A DNA stretch of 64,000 nt from Candidatus Omnitrophota bacterium (GCA_015231405.1 JADGBR010000005.1:40034-104033), one strand, 5' to 3'; counted from the stretch's first letter, positions 35,585 to 45,351 are shown. Notes: generated by a model from the letters alone, not told the origin. Numbers and translations are program-made.

Positions 35585-36844
35585 TCAAGCTTTCTTCGCA
35601 GAACTGAACAGCCTCGCCGGCACCCCCACAACCGTAGCTCCGTCCGGAACATTCTTATTCTTAGTAACGACGCTCCCCGCACCGACCCTGGCGCCCTTAC
35701 CGATCTCGACCGGCGCTATCAGCGTAACGCCGACGCCGATAAACGCCGCATCCTTAATGATGGTCTTATTTTTATTTACCCCGTCGTAATTCGCGGTTAT
35801 CACTCCCGCCCCGACGTTAACATCCTTCCCGACGACCGCGTCACCGAGATAAGTATGGTGTTTAACCTTCGTCCGCTCGCCTACCTTCGTGCGGCATATC
35901 TCCACGAAATTGCCGATCTCCGCTCCGTCCGAAATATCGCTCCCGGGCCGTATTCTCGCGAAAGGCCCTATTTTACAGTCTTTCCCGATGACAACCCCTC
36001 CTTCTATCACTGTATTCGGGTATATCACCGTGTCCTGCCCGATCCGCACGTCCTCTTCTATCCACACGGTAGTGGGATCTATTATCGTAACGCCCCCATC
36101 CATGAGCCTTAGGACGGTCTTATCGACGGCGATCCTGTTCGCCGAGGCGATATCCCGGCGCGAATTGATACCTACCGCCTCGGCGGAGGCGCATTTAACG
36201 GCTATAACTTTTTTCCCGGACTCCACCATAAGCTCGACAATATCGGTCAAATAAAATTCTTTTTTCTTAGGGTTCTCTTCTATCTTATTTATGTTCTTCC
36301 AGAGCTCTTTATTCGAAAAACAATAGGTCCCGGTATTCACTTCCTTTATGCTTTTTTCCTTAGGGGAAGCGTCCTTCTCCTCGACTATCTTAATAACACT
36401 ATCACGTTTGTCACGCACTATCCTGCCGTATGAGGACGGGTCGTCCATATCACAGGTGAGCACCGTACACGCCGCGCCGGTCTTAACATGGGTTTTCACG
36501 AGATCCAGAAATGTTTCGCCCGTAATGAGCGGCGCGTCCCCGCAAGCGACTACCAGCGTGCCGGAAAAGCCCCGGAGAACCCCTTCGGCCCTTTTCACAG
36601 CGTCGCCGGTTCCGAGCAGCTTATCTTGGATGACGTATCCTATTTTTTCTTTAACCGCTTTCTTTACCGCGTCAGATTTGTACCCGACCACGGCGGTTAT
36701 GTCGTCCACCCCGGCTTTTTTCAAAGATCCTATTACTCTTTCGATGAGCGCTTTCCCCGCGACCTTATGTAGGACTTTAGGCTCTTCGGTCTTCATCCGC
36801 GTGCCGAGGCCCGCGGCCAGGATGAGTGCTTTTGTTTTACTCAT
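35585..36844 (-). CDS. glmU: Bifunctional GlcNAc-1-P uridyltransferase/acetyltransferase GlmU
   Basis: LAAGLGTRMK..PKVLH, LGTGDAV, YGRIVR, EFYLTD, hexapeptide repeats, GNFVE, NYDG. Confidence 0.95.
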   Translation of the reverse strand: MSKTKALILAAGLGTRMKTEEPKVLHKVAGKALIERVIGSLKKAGVDDITAVVGYKSDAVKKAVKEKIGYVIQDKLLGTGDAVKRAEGVLRGFSGTLVVACGDAPLITGETFLDLVKTHVKTGAACTVLTCDMDDPSSYGRIVRDKRDSVIKIVEEKDASPKEKSIKEVNTGTYCFSNKELWKNINKIEENPKKKEFYLTDIVELMVESGKKVIAVKCASAEAVGINSRRDIASANRIAVDKTVLRLMDGGVTIIDPTTVWIEEDVRIGQDTVIYPNTVIEGGVVIGKDCKIGPFARIRPGSDISDGAEIGNFVEICRTKVGERTKVKHHTYLGDAVVGKDVNVGAGVITANYDGVNKNKTIIKDAAFIGVGVTLIAPVEIGKGARVGAGSVVTKNKNVPDGATVVGVPARLFSSAKKA

Positions 36845-36910
36845 TGCTCAATTGCCCTATTGTTAGCTGCCAGATATTTCCTCAACACCTGTATCACTCG
36901 CCTGGCCGCG

Positions 36911-36959
36911 CCATGAACCTGAGGCGTGAACCGCAAGGTTCACGGCGAATGGTTCATGG
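36911..36959. repeat. Nested hairpin (TGAG..CGAA internal loop) abutting the tRNA 3' end
   Basis: ccatgaacc tgag gc gtgaacc gcaa ggttcac gg cgaa t ggttcatgg. Confidence 0.6.
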
Positions 36960-37030
36960 CTGGCGGGCAGGGATTCGAACCCCGACAAACAGCTCCAAAA
37001 GCTGCTGTGCTACCGTTACACAACCCGCCA
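36957..37030 (-). tRNA. tRNA-Gln(UUG)
   Basis: TGGCGGG acceptor stem/CCCGCCA-GCCA end, anticodon arm GCAGC-TTTTGGA-GCTGT, T-loop GTTCGAATCC; typical ispE..tRNA-Gln..glmU/prs context. Confidence 0.95.
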
Positions 37031-37034
37031 ATCG

Positions 37035-37106
37035 CGTGATTCGTGGTACGTTATCGAAATGCCAGATCCCAGTTACCCCGCTACGAACCACTAATCACGA
37101 ACCACT
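37035..37106. repeat. Short inverted heptamer array (CGTGRTT / CACGAA)
   Basis: cgtgatt cgtggta cgtt ... ctacgaa ccactaa tcacgaa ccact. Confidence 0.6.
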
Positions 37107-37120
37107 ACCGAATCTGCCAA

Positions 37121-37825
37121 CTACAGCTCGATATCCTCACCCTCATCAATGCCGCCAGGTGAGACCGGCGGTGCCGGAGGAACGGAAGGGCTAAGCGGAG
37201 TCGTCGGGCGGACATTGTCCCTCGCCTCGCCTCTCGAGTTATCTCTCCTGGGTTCTCTGCCGCGATCTCTGCCATGATTCCGGGAGTGATCCCTCGACTG
37301 GTCTCTCGCCCGGTCTCTTCCGCGGTCTCTGGCGTGATCCCGCTCCTGGTCATTCTTCTTGGGCGCCTCGTTTCCAGGCTCGAACCCTTCCTGTGCCCTG
37401 TCAAAATCATCAGTCGTAGCGGGTTTATAGTTCTCCCCTTCTTTCTCCTTCCTTTCCATTTCAACGTCAAAGGCTTTAAGGACTTCCTCCTGTATATAAA
37501 CCCTGCAGGCCTGTCTGATCGGATGAGCTATGTCCATATGGTCGTTCTGCTTTTTGTCCCTCTGGTCGCCGGAGTCCTCTCTTCTTACGTGAAGCTGAGT
37601 GCCGCAGTCGTTGCAGAACTTGCTGCCGCGGACGTTCTTGAACCCGCATTTCTTGCACGGGTCCATTATTTTCCTCGAGGGCATAGCCACAAAAAGACCG
37701 GTATTGCCCTGAATTATCTTCACGTTCCTGACGACGAACCAGTCGTCAAAGGTCATTGTAGCGTACGCCTTCAATCTTCCGTCCCTGCTCTTTGTCGGGA
37801 AAACCCTTACTTCAGTGATCTTCAT
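37121..37825 (-). CDS. spoVG: SpoVG-family nucleic-acid-binding protein with zinc-ribbon insertion and Arg/Asp-rich tail
   Basis: MKITEVRV, LKAYATMTFDD, GLFVAMPSRK, CKKC..CNDC, DIAHPI. Confidence 0.92.
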   Translation of the reverse strand: MKITEVRVFPTKSRDGRLKAYATMTFDDWFVVRNVKIIQGNTGLFVAMPSRKIMDPCKKCGFKNVRGSKFCNDCGTQLHVRREDSGDQRDKKQNDHMDIAHPIRQACRVYIQEEVLKAFDVEMERKEKEGENYKPATTDDFDRAQEGFEPGNEAPKKNDQERDHARDRGRDRARDQSRDHSRNHGRDRGREPRRDNSRGEARDNVRPTTPLSPSVPPAPPVSPGGIDEGEDIEL

Positions 37826-37866
37826 ATACTTCTCCTCTTTCTTAGTTGGACAAACTCTTAATCAAC

Positions 37867-37975
37867 TGGAATCCAGAAGCCAGAATCCAGAAGCCAGAAT
37901 TCAGAATCCAGAAGCCAGAATTCAGAATCGTTGGAAGGCCATTCACATTATTCTGGATTCTATATTCTGGCTTCT
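37867..37975. repeat. Inverted heptamer arrays (CAGAAKY family), second copy
   Basis: Nine units tggaatc cagaagc cagaatc cagaagc cagaatt cagaatc cagaagc cagaatt cagaatc ... attctgg attctat attctgg cttct. Confidence 0.85.
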
Positions 37976-38851
37976 TTATTCTTTTATCTCCGGCTGATAC
38001 GTCGTCACCACTTCGATCTTCCAGTTCCTGTCGGGAAATTTTTCTCTGAGCCGTTCTTTGGCACTAAACGCTTCTTTTTCCTCAAAAATACCGAACACGG
38101 TAGGGCCACTTCCTGACATAATGGCACCCTGTGCTCCCTGAGTCATTAATTCACGCAGGGTCTCACCCAAAACCGGAAAAATTCCTAACGTTATGTGCTG
38201 TAAATCGTTATGGAGATTTTTAGCGATATCCCACGTATCCCTGCCGGATAAAAAATCGCCAAACATTCTACCAACGCCATTATGGTTTGTCAAGCCCAAA
38301 GGGTTTACCAGACTGTATACCTCTTTTGTGGAGACGCTTATCGGAGGATTGATCAGAACATGCCAGATCTTTACCATGCTTTCCATCCCGGAAATTATGT
38401 CCCCTTTTCCCGTGCCGTAAGCAAAGGAATGGTTATGCAGAAAAAAAGGGATATCCGCGCCTAAAGACCCGCCCATTTCATTAAGAGTATTAGTGTCGAG
38501 AGGCGAGCCCGACAATTCGTTCATGGCTTTGAGCAAAGTAGCGGTATCGCTTGACCCGCCTCCAAGTCCGGCGCTGACGGGTATGTTTTTTTCAAGGTGA
38601 ACCTTGAAATTTTTGCCATTGCCGGCCCTATCCCTGAAGAGGGATGCCGCGCGCATCATTATGCTTGAATTATCGACCGGTATATTCGGGTCGTTCGACG
38701 TGATAACGGTCTTTTTTGAGGTTGCTTCGACGGAAACTATATCGAATAATGATATTTTTTCGAATACAGTCTCAATATCGTGGTAACCATCGGGGCGTTT
38801 CGCTAGAACTTTCAGGTACAGGTTAACTTTCGCGGGGGCTTTAAATTCCAT
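37976..38851 (-). CDS. ispE: 4-diphosphocytidyl-2-C-methyl-D-erythritol kinase
   Basis: APAKVNLYL, KNIPVSAGLGGGSSD, LGADIPFF, MSGSGPTVF. Confidence 0.97.
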   Translation of the reverse strand: MEFKAPAKVNLYLKVLAKRPDGYHDIETVFEKISLFDIVSVEATSKKTVITSNDPNIPVDNSSIMMRAASLFRDRAGNGKNFKVHLEKNIPVSAGLGGGSSDTATLLKAMNELSGSPLDTNTLNEMGGSLGADIPFFLHNHSFAYGTGKGDIISGMESMVKIWHVLINPPISVSTKEVYSLVNPLGLTNHNGVGRMFGDFLSGRDTWDIAKNLHNDLQHITLGIFPVLGETLRELMTQGAQGAIMSGSGPTVFGIFEEKEAFSAKERLREKFPDRNWKIEVVTTYQPEIKE

Positions 38852-38864
38852 GGTGGCATACTCC

Positions 38865-38929
38865 CGTCATTGTGAGCGAAGCGATCTCTATATGGACTGC
38901 TTCGGGCACTTCGTGCCCCCGCAATGACG
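38865..38929. repeat. REP doublet (GTCATTGCG family, decayed)
   Basis: cgtcattgtgagcgaagcgatctc ... ggactgcttcgggcacttcgtgcccccgcaatgacg. Confidence 0.8.
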
Positions 38930-38938
38930 ATCAACTAC

Positions 38939-39907
38939 TCAAGTTCTCTTCTTCTTAAACAACTCCTCAGCTTCCTTAACAATATACTTCTCGGTCAGCC
39001 CGAAATACTCGTAAAGTTCTTCGGGGGTTCCGCTAACGCCGAACCTGTCGTCCAGACCCATGAATTTCATGGGCACCGGGCAATTTTCGGCCAGAACCTC
39101 CGCCACGGCGCTGCCCATTCCCCCGGCTATGGAATGCTCCTCGACGGTAAGCACCGCCCCTGTCTCCCTGGCGGCTTTTATGATCGCGGGCTTATCTATC
39201 GGCTTCGGGGTATGCAGGTTGATGATCCTGGCTTTTATCTTCTTTTCCCTCAGATATTTAGCCGCTTCAAGCGATTTTTCCACCATGTGTCCGCAGGCGA
39301 TGATAGTTATATCATCCCCAGGAGTAAGGACCGACGCCTTACCTATAATAAACTCCGGCTTGTCCTCTATTATCGTAGCTGCCGCCCTGCCCAACCTTAA
39401 ATACACCGGGCCCGGCAAGCCCGCCGCCTGTTTAGTTGCAAGGAACGCCTCTTCGGCGTCCGCGGGAACCACTACGGTCATATGCGGGAGAACACGCATT
39501 AATGTTATCTCCTCAAGTGACTGATGCGTCGCGCCGTCGCCGCCGACCGAAATGCCCCCATGTGTCCCCACTATAATGACATTGATGTTCGTGTAAGCGA
39601 CCGATACCCTGACCTGGTCCCATGCCCGGCCGCTCGCGAAAGCCCCGAAAGTACAGGCGTACGGTATCTTCCCGGAAAGCGCCATACCCGCTGCGACGCC
39701 TATCATATCCTGCTCGGCAACGCCAAGGCTGACAAACCTGTCCGGGAATTCCTCCTTGAACCAGTTGGCCCTCACGGATTCCGTAAGGTCGGCGCAAAGC
39801 ACCACCACGTTCTTATTCTCTTTTCCCAACTCGACAAGGGCCCTGCCGAACCCGTCCCTCGTCGCTACTTTTTTCTTCGGCTCTTTTATGATCATTATTC
39901 GCTCCAA
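38939..39907 (-). CDS. Transketolase, C-terminal (pyrimidine-binding) subunit
   Basis: GVAEQDM, GDGATHQ, PVYLRLGR, VEEH..GGMGSAVAE. Confidence 0.95.
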   Translation of the reverse strand: MERIMIIKEPKKKVATRDGFGRALVELGKENKNVVVLCADLTESVRANWFKEEFPDRFVSLGVAEQDMIGVAAGMALSGKIPYACTFGAFASGRAWDQVRVSVAYTNINVIIVGTHGGISVGGDGATHQSLEEITLMRVLPHMTVVVPADAEEAFLATKQAAGLPGPVYLRLGRAAATIIEDKPEFIIGKASVLTPGDDITIIACGHMVEKSLEAAKYLREKKIKARIINLHTPKPIDKPAIIKAARETGAVLTVEEHSIAGGMGSAVAEVLAENCPVPMKFMGLDDRFGVSGTPEELYEYFGLTEKYIVKEAEELFKKKRT

Positions 39908-39951
39908 TTATTTTATTATCGCATAAATCCTGAGTCGCAATGACGTAGCAC

Positions 39952-40968
39952 CTAGAAATACTCCCCAGACGCCTTCACAATACTCTCTATCGGCACCTTA
40001 CCGTCTCGATAATTATACAGATCGTCGGAGGATACCGTCAATTTAACGTTCTCAAGCTGGTCTTCCATTTCGAGCGCCGTGAACTGATCGAACGCATAGC
40101 CCTGAACCACTGTACTGGCGATATTGACTATGGCTTTGACCTTCCGCTTCAAGACATCTTTGTGGTTCGTGTCGGTAGTTTGATCGAATATCTTGAATGC
40201 CACGACCATCACCTTTTCTTCCTTCGAAGCGATTATCTTCCCCTCTGAAGAGCTGAACTTGAAAAGCTCTTTCAGCTTAGCGTCAGACTGGAAATCGAGT
40301 TTGACCCTGTTGGCTATCTGTGCGATAAGAAATTCCTCCAGTGATATATCCTTCAGATAGAAATGGTCTTTCCAATAGCCTATATCCTTGATATCCGAGG
40401 GGGGACTCCTGAAAAATTCCGACATGACGTTCTCGCGGGTATCTTCCTCAAGGCCCATTTTGTCGAAGATGCGCTCGATCGAACGTTCCTTCCTGGCCTG
40501 CGGCGTCAGGTTAATACTGAAGAGCGTCCGCTTAAAAGACTCGTCTCTGCCTATATATCTGAACATCCCTTTTTTCACGTCGTCGGTATATTTTATGATT
40601 ATCATTTGCATCTCGGGGAGACGTTCGTCCTGAGTTATGACGCAGTAAAACTTTATATTGGCGTCCGTCGAAAGGACAACGCGGGAAGCGACCAGTATGA
40701 GGTTCGAGACCTTGTCCCAGGCGTCCGTACTTATCCCCATGCTGACGTCCAAGAGCCCTTTCATCGGATAATATATCCCCAGCGTCGAACCATCCATCGA
40801 GGCGTCGACGTCCATGTCATACTCGGCCCTGCAGACCGTCTTCACAAGTTCGCAAAGATTCTCCCGGGGATACGTAGGAGCGCATGACGACAAAAAGAAC
40901 GCTGCCAGACACGCCAACGCCGACGCCGATAACACCAACGATCCGGCGTATCCGAACCTTCTAAGCAT
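39952..40968 (-). CDS. Hypothetical lipoprotein
   Basis: Hydrophobic N-terminus ending in lipobox LSSC; overlaps the upstream gene by 8 nt. Confidence 0.8.
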   Translation of the reverse strand: MLRRFGYAGSLVLSASALACLAAFFLSSCAPTYPRENLCELVKTVCRAEYDMDVDASMDGSTLGIYYPMKGLLDVSMGISTDAWDKVSNLILVASRVVLSTDANIKFYCVITQDERLPEMQMIIIKYTDDVKKGMFRYIGRDESFKRTLFSINLTPQARKERSIERIFDKMGLEEDTRENVMSEFFRSPPSDIKDIGYWKDHFYLKDISLEEFLIAQIANRVKLDFQSDAKLKELFKFSSSEGKIIASKEEKVMVVAFKIFDQTTDTNHKDVLKRKVKAIVNIASTVVQGYAFDQFTALEMEDQLENVKLTVSSDDLYNYRDGKVPIESIVKASGEYF

Positions 40969-42613
40969 TAGCCCCCCAATTCAAGTCCTCATTGGGGATC
41001 TGGTCGTCGTATTTCGACTCCTTTACGCCGTATTCCTCAAAAATGGCTATTATCTCGTCATACTCGAGCTCTTCCCTTTGTAAAAGTTCGTTCGCGAAAC
41101 GGTCAAGGATATCGCGCCTCGTCTCAAGCGTTTTCATGACCTCATCGAGACACTTCCTTATGAGGCTGTTCGTATCGTTGTTAAGGGTCATCTTGATCTG
41201 TTCGGACAGCTGCTCCGGAGGTATGCCCGTGTAATCACCTATGTAGCCGGACGCCCCCATGCCGAGCGTCCATACCATCGCGTGCGCCATTTTTATCGCG
41301 TTATTGAAATCCGAGCTGACGCCGGTAGTGGTAGTGTTATATTTTGTCTTCTCCGCGGCGTATCCCGCGAGTTTGGTCATAATATCCTGGAGAAGCTGAG
41401 TTTTGCTCCTCGAATGGAGCTCTTCCCTTTCGGGTGACCATACGACCCCGAGCGCGCCCCTTCTGGGGATAATACTGGCTTTAAAAACGGTCTTCGACGG
41501 GGCCTTCAGATAAGTTATTATCAGGTGCCCTGCCTCGTGATAAGCCGTCATCTCCTTTTCTTTCGGGGTGACGGTCAGCCTGTGTTTTATGCCCAGGTCA
41601 ACCCTTTCGAAAGCCTCGCTGATCTCCTTAAGGCCTATCGCTGATTTTTTATATCTCGTGGCTATGATCGCGGATTCCTTGACTATGTTTGATATGTCGG
41701 CGGGACTCTTCCCGACGGCTCTTCTCGCCAGGCGACCCGTATCCAGGTCTGTCTCTGCCTTCACCTTTTTCAGATAGAATTTGAAGAGCTCTTCCCTGTC
41801 GGTCTGAGAGGGTTTAGAGATGAGTATCTTCCGGTCAAACCTGCCGGGCCGAAGAAGAGCCTCGTCCATATGTCCCTCGAAAGCGTTTGTCGCGCCTATA
41901 ACGACGATGTTATCGTCTTTGCCCTTCAGCCCGTCCATCTCGGCCAGCAGCTGGTTCAATGTGCTGTTCGTCTCCTGCCCGCCCCCGAAACTGAAAGTCC
42001 TCTGACGGCCTATCGCGTCGATCTCGTCTATAAAGATTATGCAACCTCCGTAACCGTAGCTGAGATCCCTGGCTTTCTGGAAAAGTTTCCTCACCCTGGA
42101 GGCTCCGACACCGACAAAAACCTCGACGAACTCGCTTCCCGACATGGATATGAACGGCATATTCGCTTCTGTAGCGATCGCCTTGGCAAGATATGTCTTC
42201 CCGCATCCCGGGGGCCCCAGCATCAGAAGCCCCTTAATGACGCTCCCTCCCATTTTCTGCACGTTGGCCCGATCCTTGACAAGCTGAACTATCTCAAGCG
42301 CCTCCTGCTTAGCGTCCTGCATACCTATAACGTCATTCCAGGATATCAGGACATCTTTACCTTTAATAGGCGCCTTATCGAGTTTCGCGAACCCGCCCTG
42401 CAAAAATGTGAGGTACATGAAAACGAAAATGGCCGCGTGAATACCTGCCATGAGGAACTGCATCGGTATCGTCGCGATCGTCATCTTCCTGTAGAAAGAC
42501 TCGAGAGAAGCCAGCCCTATTACAGTACCTACGAGCAACAGTATCACTACCAAACTGATCCAAATGATCATCTGATACTGTCGAAAATACATTTTCCAAA
42601 GTCTTCCGGTCAT
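40961..42613 (-). CDS. FtsH-like AAA+ zinc metalloprotease (short N-terminal membrane part)
   Basis: GPPGCGKT, SGSEFVEVFVGVGASRVR, IFIDEIDAIG, TLNQLLAEMDG, LRPGRFDR, AYHEAGH; AGGAG upstream of ATG at 42613. Confidence 0.93.
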   Translation of the reverse strand: MTGRLWKMYFRQYQMIIWISLVVILLLVGTVIGLASLESFYRKMTIATIPMQFLMAGIHAAIFVFMYLTFLQGGFAKLDKAPIKGKDVLISWNDVIGMQDAKQEALEIVQLVKDRANVQKMGGSVIKGLLMLGPPGCGKTYLAKAIATEANMPFISMSGSEFVEVFVGVGASRVRKLFQKARDLSYGYGGCIIFIDEIDAIGRQRTFSFGGGQETNSTLNQLLAEMDGLKGKDDNIVVIGATNAFEGHMDEALLRPGRFDRKILISKPSQTDREELFKFYLKKVKAETDLDTGRLARRAVGKSPADISNIVKESAIIATRYKKSAIGLKEISEAFERVDLGIKHRLTVTPKEKEMTAYHEAGHLIITYLKAPSKTVFKASIIPRRGALGVVWSPEREELHSRSKTQLLQDIMTKLAGYAAEKTKYNTTTTGVSSDFNNAIKMAHAMVWTLGMGASGYIGDYTGIPPEQLSEQIKMTLNNDTNSLIRKCLDEVMKTLETRRDILDRFANELLQREELEYDEIIAIFEEYGVKESKYDDQIPNEDLNWGANA

Positions 42614-42659
42614 CTTATTGCTCCTTTTTTGAAAATTCAGTTGTTTCAACCGCGACTAT

Positions 42660-42739
42660 CGTCATTGCGAGCGAAGCGAAGCAATCTCTCCGATATCATG
42701 TGGATTGCTTCGTCGGCCTCAGGCCTCCTCGCAATGACG
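42660..42739. repeat. REP doublet (GTCATTGCG family, intact)
   Basis: cgtcattgcgagcgaagcgaagcaatctc (42660-42688) / ggattgcttcgtcggcctcaggcctcctcgcaatgacg (42702-42739). Confidence 0.9.
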
Positions 42740-42781
42740 GATCAGAACCCATAATTCCGCTATCACACATTTACAGCTGTT

Positions 42782-43618
42782 TTAAAGCGCCTTCTCCGCC
42801 AGATCAAGCTCCTGAAGCGCGAGCGCGAGCTCGTCTTTTTTCGGTGAGATACCGTGCCACTCGACCTTGTTCTCGACGAAAGAAACGCCTTTGCCTTTAA
42901 CGGTATGGGCTATTATCATCTGCGGCTTACCTTTAACCTTTTCGGCCTCGTCAAATGCATTTGAGAGCTGAGAGAGATCGTGCCCGTCGACCTCCTGGGT
43001 AAACCACCCGAAATTATCCCATTTCTTCCTGTATTCGCCCTGGTCTTTCACTTCGCAGCAGAAACCGTCTATCTGCAGTTTGTTGAAATCAATAATGCCG
43101 CAAACGCTGTCCAGCTTGTAATGCGCGCATGTCGAGGCGGCTTCCCATACCTGGCCTTCGTTGGTCTCTCCGTCTCCCATGAGGCAGTATACCCTCGTTT
43201 TATGACCGTCCATCCTGTCCGCGAGAGCGAACCCCGCCGCGATAGAAAGACCCTGGCCCAGCGACCCGGAAGACACCTCGAGGCCCGGCAAACCGAACTG
43301 CGGATGGCCCTGAAGACGCGTACCCAGCTTCCTGAGCGTCCAGAGCTCTTCCTTTTTGAAAAAACCCAAGTCCGCGAGAACGGCGTACAATGCCGGGCAG
43401 GCATGGCCTTTGGAAAGTATGAACTTATCCCTTTCCCTGCATACGAACGTCTTGCAATCCAGGTTCATCTTCTGGTAGTAAAGAGAGATGAGTATCTCCA
43501 CAATGGATAGAGACCCTCCGGTATGACCGGAACCCGCTTTTTCAAGCATAGTGAGAATATCCCGCCTTATGTCGATGGCCTTCTTTTTGAGCTGTTTGAT
43601 ATCTTTTATCTTTTCCAC
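42782..43618 (-). CDS. Transketolase, N-terminal (TPP-binding) subunit
   Basis: GSGHTGGSLS, LSKGH, LQGHP, SGSLGQG, GDGETNEGQVWEA, VDGHD, KGKG. Confidence 0.96.
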   Translation of the reverse strand: MEKIKDIKQLKKKAIDIRRDILTMLEKAGSGHTGGSLSIVEILISLYYQKMNLDCKTFVCRERDKFILSKGHACPALYAVLADLGFFKKEELWTLRKLGTRLQGHPQFGLPGLEVSSGSLGQGLSIAAGFALADRMDGHKTRVYCLMGDGETNEGQVWEAASTCAHYKLDSVCGIIDFNKLQIDGFCCEVKDQGEYRKKWDNFGWFTQEVDGHDLSQLSNAFDEAEKVKGKPQMIIAHTVKGKGVSFVENKVEWHGISPKKDELALALQELDLAEKAL

Positions 43619-43701
43619 AGGTTTACATCCCTTCTGTCTTTATGTTATGGACGTTTATTCGAAACCTTTTAATTATACAACAATAACCCGCAATAAAGCG
43701 C

Positions 43702-45228
43702 CTATTTTTTTACTTTTTCTATTTTTGCCCTGACTTCGGCGTTTTTCGGGTCCGCAGCAAGCGACGCTTTCCATTTCTCAAGCGCGAGGGTGTTATCGCC
43801 CTTTGCGGAATATATATCCCCCAAATGGTCCAGGACCACGGCATCTGCCGGAAGAAGCTCTGACGCTTTCTTGACGCTCGAGAGCGCCTCGTCGACCTTC
43901 CCCATCTTGAAATAAGCCCAGCCAAGGCTGTCTATATAAGCCCCGTTATCGGGATCCAGCTCCAGCGCCTTTTTAATGAGCTGTTCCGCGCGGTCAAGGT
44001 CATTCCCGGCGAGGACATACAAATAACCAAGATAATTGAACGCGTCAGAAAGATCAGGCGAGGTCTTCACGCATTCCTCTAAGATCCGGATCGCCTCTTT
44101 CTGGTCCCCCTTGGTGTCGAAGGCCACACCAAGATAGAACTTATAAAGACCGTTCCCCGGGTCCTTATCCAGCGCCAACCGGTAATTTTTAATCGCCGCG
44201 TCAAGGGCCCCTTCGTTCATGTCCAGATGCGCCATGTTCGAATAGATTTCCGCGTTGTCGATCCCCTTTTCTACCGCCTCGGTAAGGACCTTACGGGCTT
44301 CGAGATTCGCGCCCACCGCAATGTATATACTTGACGCCCTGATATACGCTTCGGGGTCACTAGGGTCAAGGCTGATCATTTTCCGGAATTTTTCCGAGGC
44401 TTCCAGAGTATTCCCCTGGATATATTCCAGATATCCGCACCGGGCGTACGCTTCCTTGAACAAAGGATCTATGTCGGAGACCTTCGAATAAGCCCTGACG
44501 GCCTCCTTATAGTTCCCTTCCACTTCATAAACGAACCCCAGCACCATCTCGGCTTCGAGATACTCGTTGTCAAGCTTCAAAGCCTTTTCGAGATTGTTTC
44601 TGGCTTCGCCGTATTTTTCAAGCTTACTGAAGAGAACTCCCAGGTTGAAATAGATAAGCGGGTCGTTCTTCCTAACTTCGAGCATATTCTTGTACACCGC
44701 CAGGGCCTTATCGGACTCGCCGTTCTTAATATACAGATCGGCGAGAAAAGCCATGGCAGCGATATCACCCGGATCGACGGAAAGGGCCTTCTCATATTCT
44801 ATCCTAGCCCCCTCTATATCCCCTTTTTTTCTGAAAATAAGGGCCTTGAGAAGCCCGGCCTTTTTATTTCCGGGATCCAGACCGGCCGCCTTATCGAGAT
44901 GTTCCGACGCCCTGGCAAGATCATCAAGCACGAGATACCCGGCGCCGATCTTCAGATGTATAAGAGCATTGTCGCCGGAAAACCCGAGAACTTTCTCGTA
45001 TTCTGCTACGGCATCCCTCGTCTTCCCTTCGGAATCGTAATAAACGCCTTTTATATAGTGCTCTACAGAGCCTGAAAGGGCGCTGACCCCGGGATCGGAC
45101 AATATCCGTGTATCGGTATAAGTCGCCTTGAGGACGGCGGGATCATCCGCGAACGCCTCCCAGGCGAATAAAAGAACAAGCCCCGGGAAAATGACCAAAA
45201 ACCCCTTGGCCTTTCGTGAACGGAACAT
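43702..45228 (-). CDS. Exported tetratricopeptide repeat protein
   Basis: Signal peptide, tandem TPRs, NYLGY..DSLGWAYF..DHLGDIY. Confidence 0.92.
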   Translation of the reverse strand: MFRSRKAKGFLVIFPGLVLLFAWEAFADDPAVLKATYTDTRILSDPGVSALSGSVEHYIKGVYYDSEGKTRDAVAEYEKVLGFSGDNALIHLKIGAGYLVLDDLARASEHLDKAAGLDPGNKKAGLLKALIFRKKGDIEGARIEYEKALSVDPGDIAAMAFLADLYIKNGESDKALAVYKNMLEVRKNDPLIYFNLGVLFSKLEKYGEARNNLEKALKLDNEYLEAEMVLGFVYEVEGNYKEAVRAYSKVSDIDPLFKEAYARCGYLEYIQGNTLEASEKFRKMISLDPSDPEAYIRASSIYIAVGANLEARKVLTEAVEKGIDNAEIYSNMAHLDMNEGALDAAIKNYRLALDKDPGNGLYKFYLGVAFDTKGDQKEAIRILEECVKTSPDLSDAFNYLGYLYVLAGNDLDRAEQLIKKALELDPDNGAYIDSLGWAYFKMGKVDEALSSVKKASELLPADAVVLDHLGDIYSAKGDNTLALEKWKASLAADPKNAEVRAKIEKVKK

Positions 45229-45320
45229 CACTTATTCTTCTTGTGCCGGTCTCTTCTCATTCTTTTCTTTCTCTTGTGTCTCTTGACCTTCTTGACTTTC
45301 CTTTTTCTTCCGCAGGGCAT
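45228..45320 (-). CDS. 30-aa basic protein, AURKAIP1/COX24 (bS22/mS38-like) family
   Basis: Read from sequence: MPCGRKRKVKKVKRHKRKKRMRRDRHKKNK; GGAGG RBS; TGATG coupling to the TPR gene; below the ORF-track cutoff. Confidence 0.8.
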   Translation of the reverse strand: MPCGRKRKVKKVKRHKRKKRMRRDRHKKNK

Positions 45321-45351
45321 TTATTTCCTCCTGTTTGATTACCAAATGTTA

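Noticed and set aside
36843-36870. attgctca attgccct attgttag 8-nt periodic run upstream of glmU
   Set aside because: Only three degenerate units and no inverted partner; cannot be distinguished from chance
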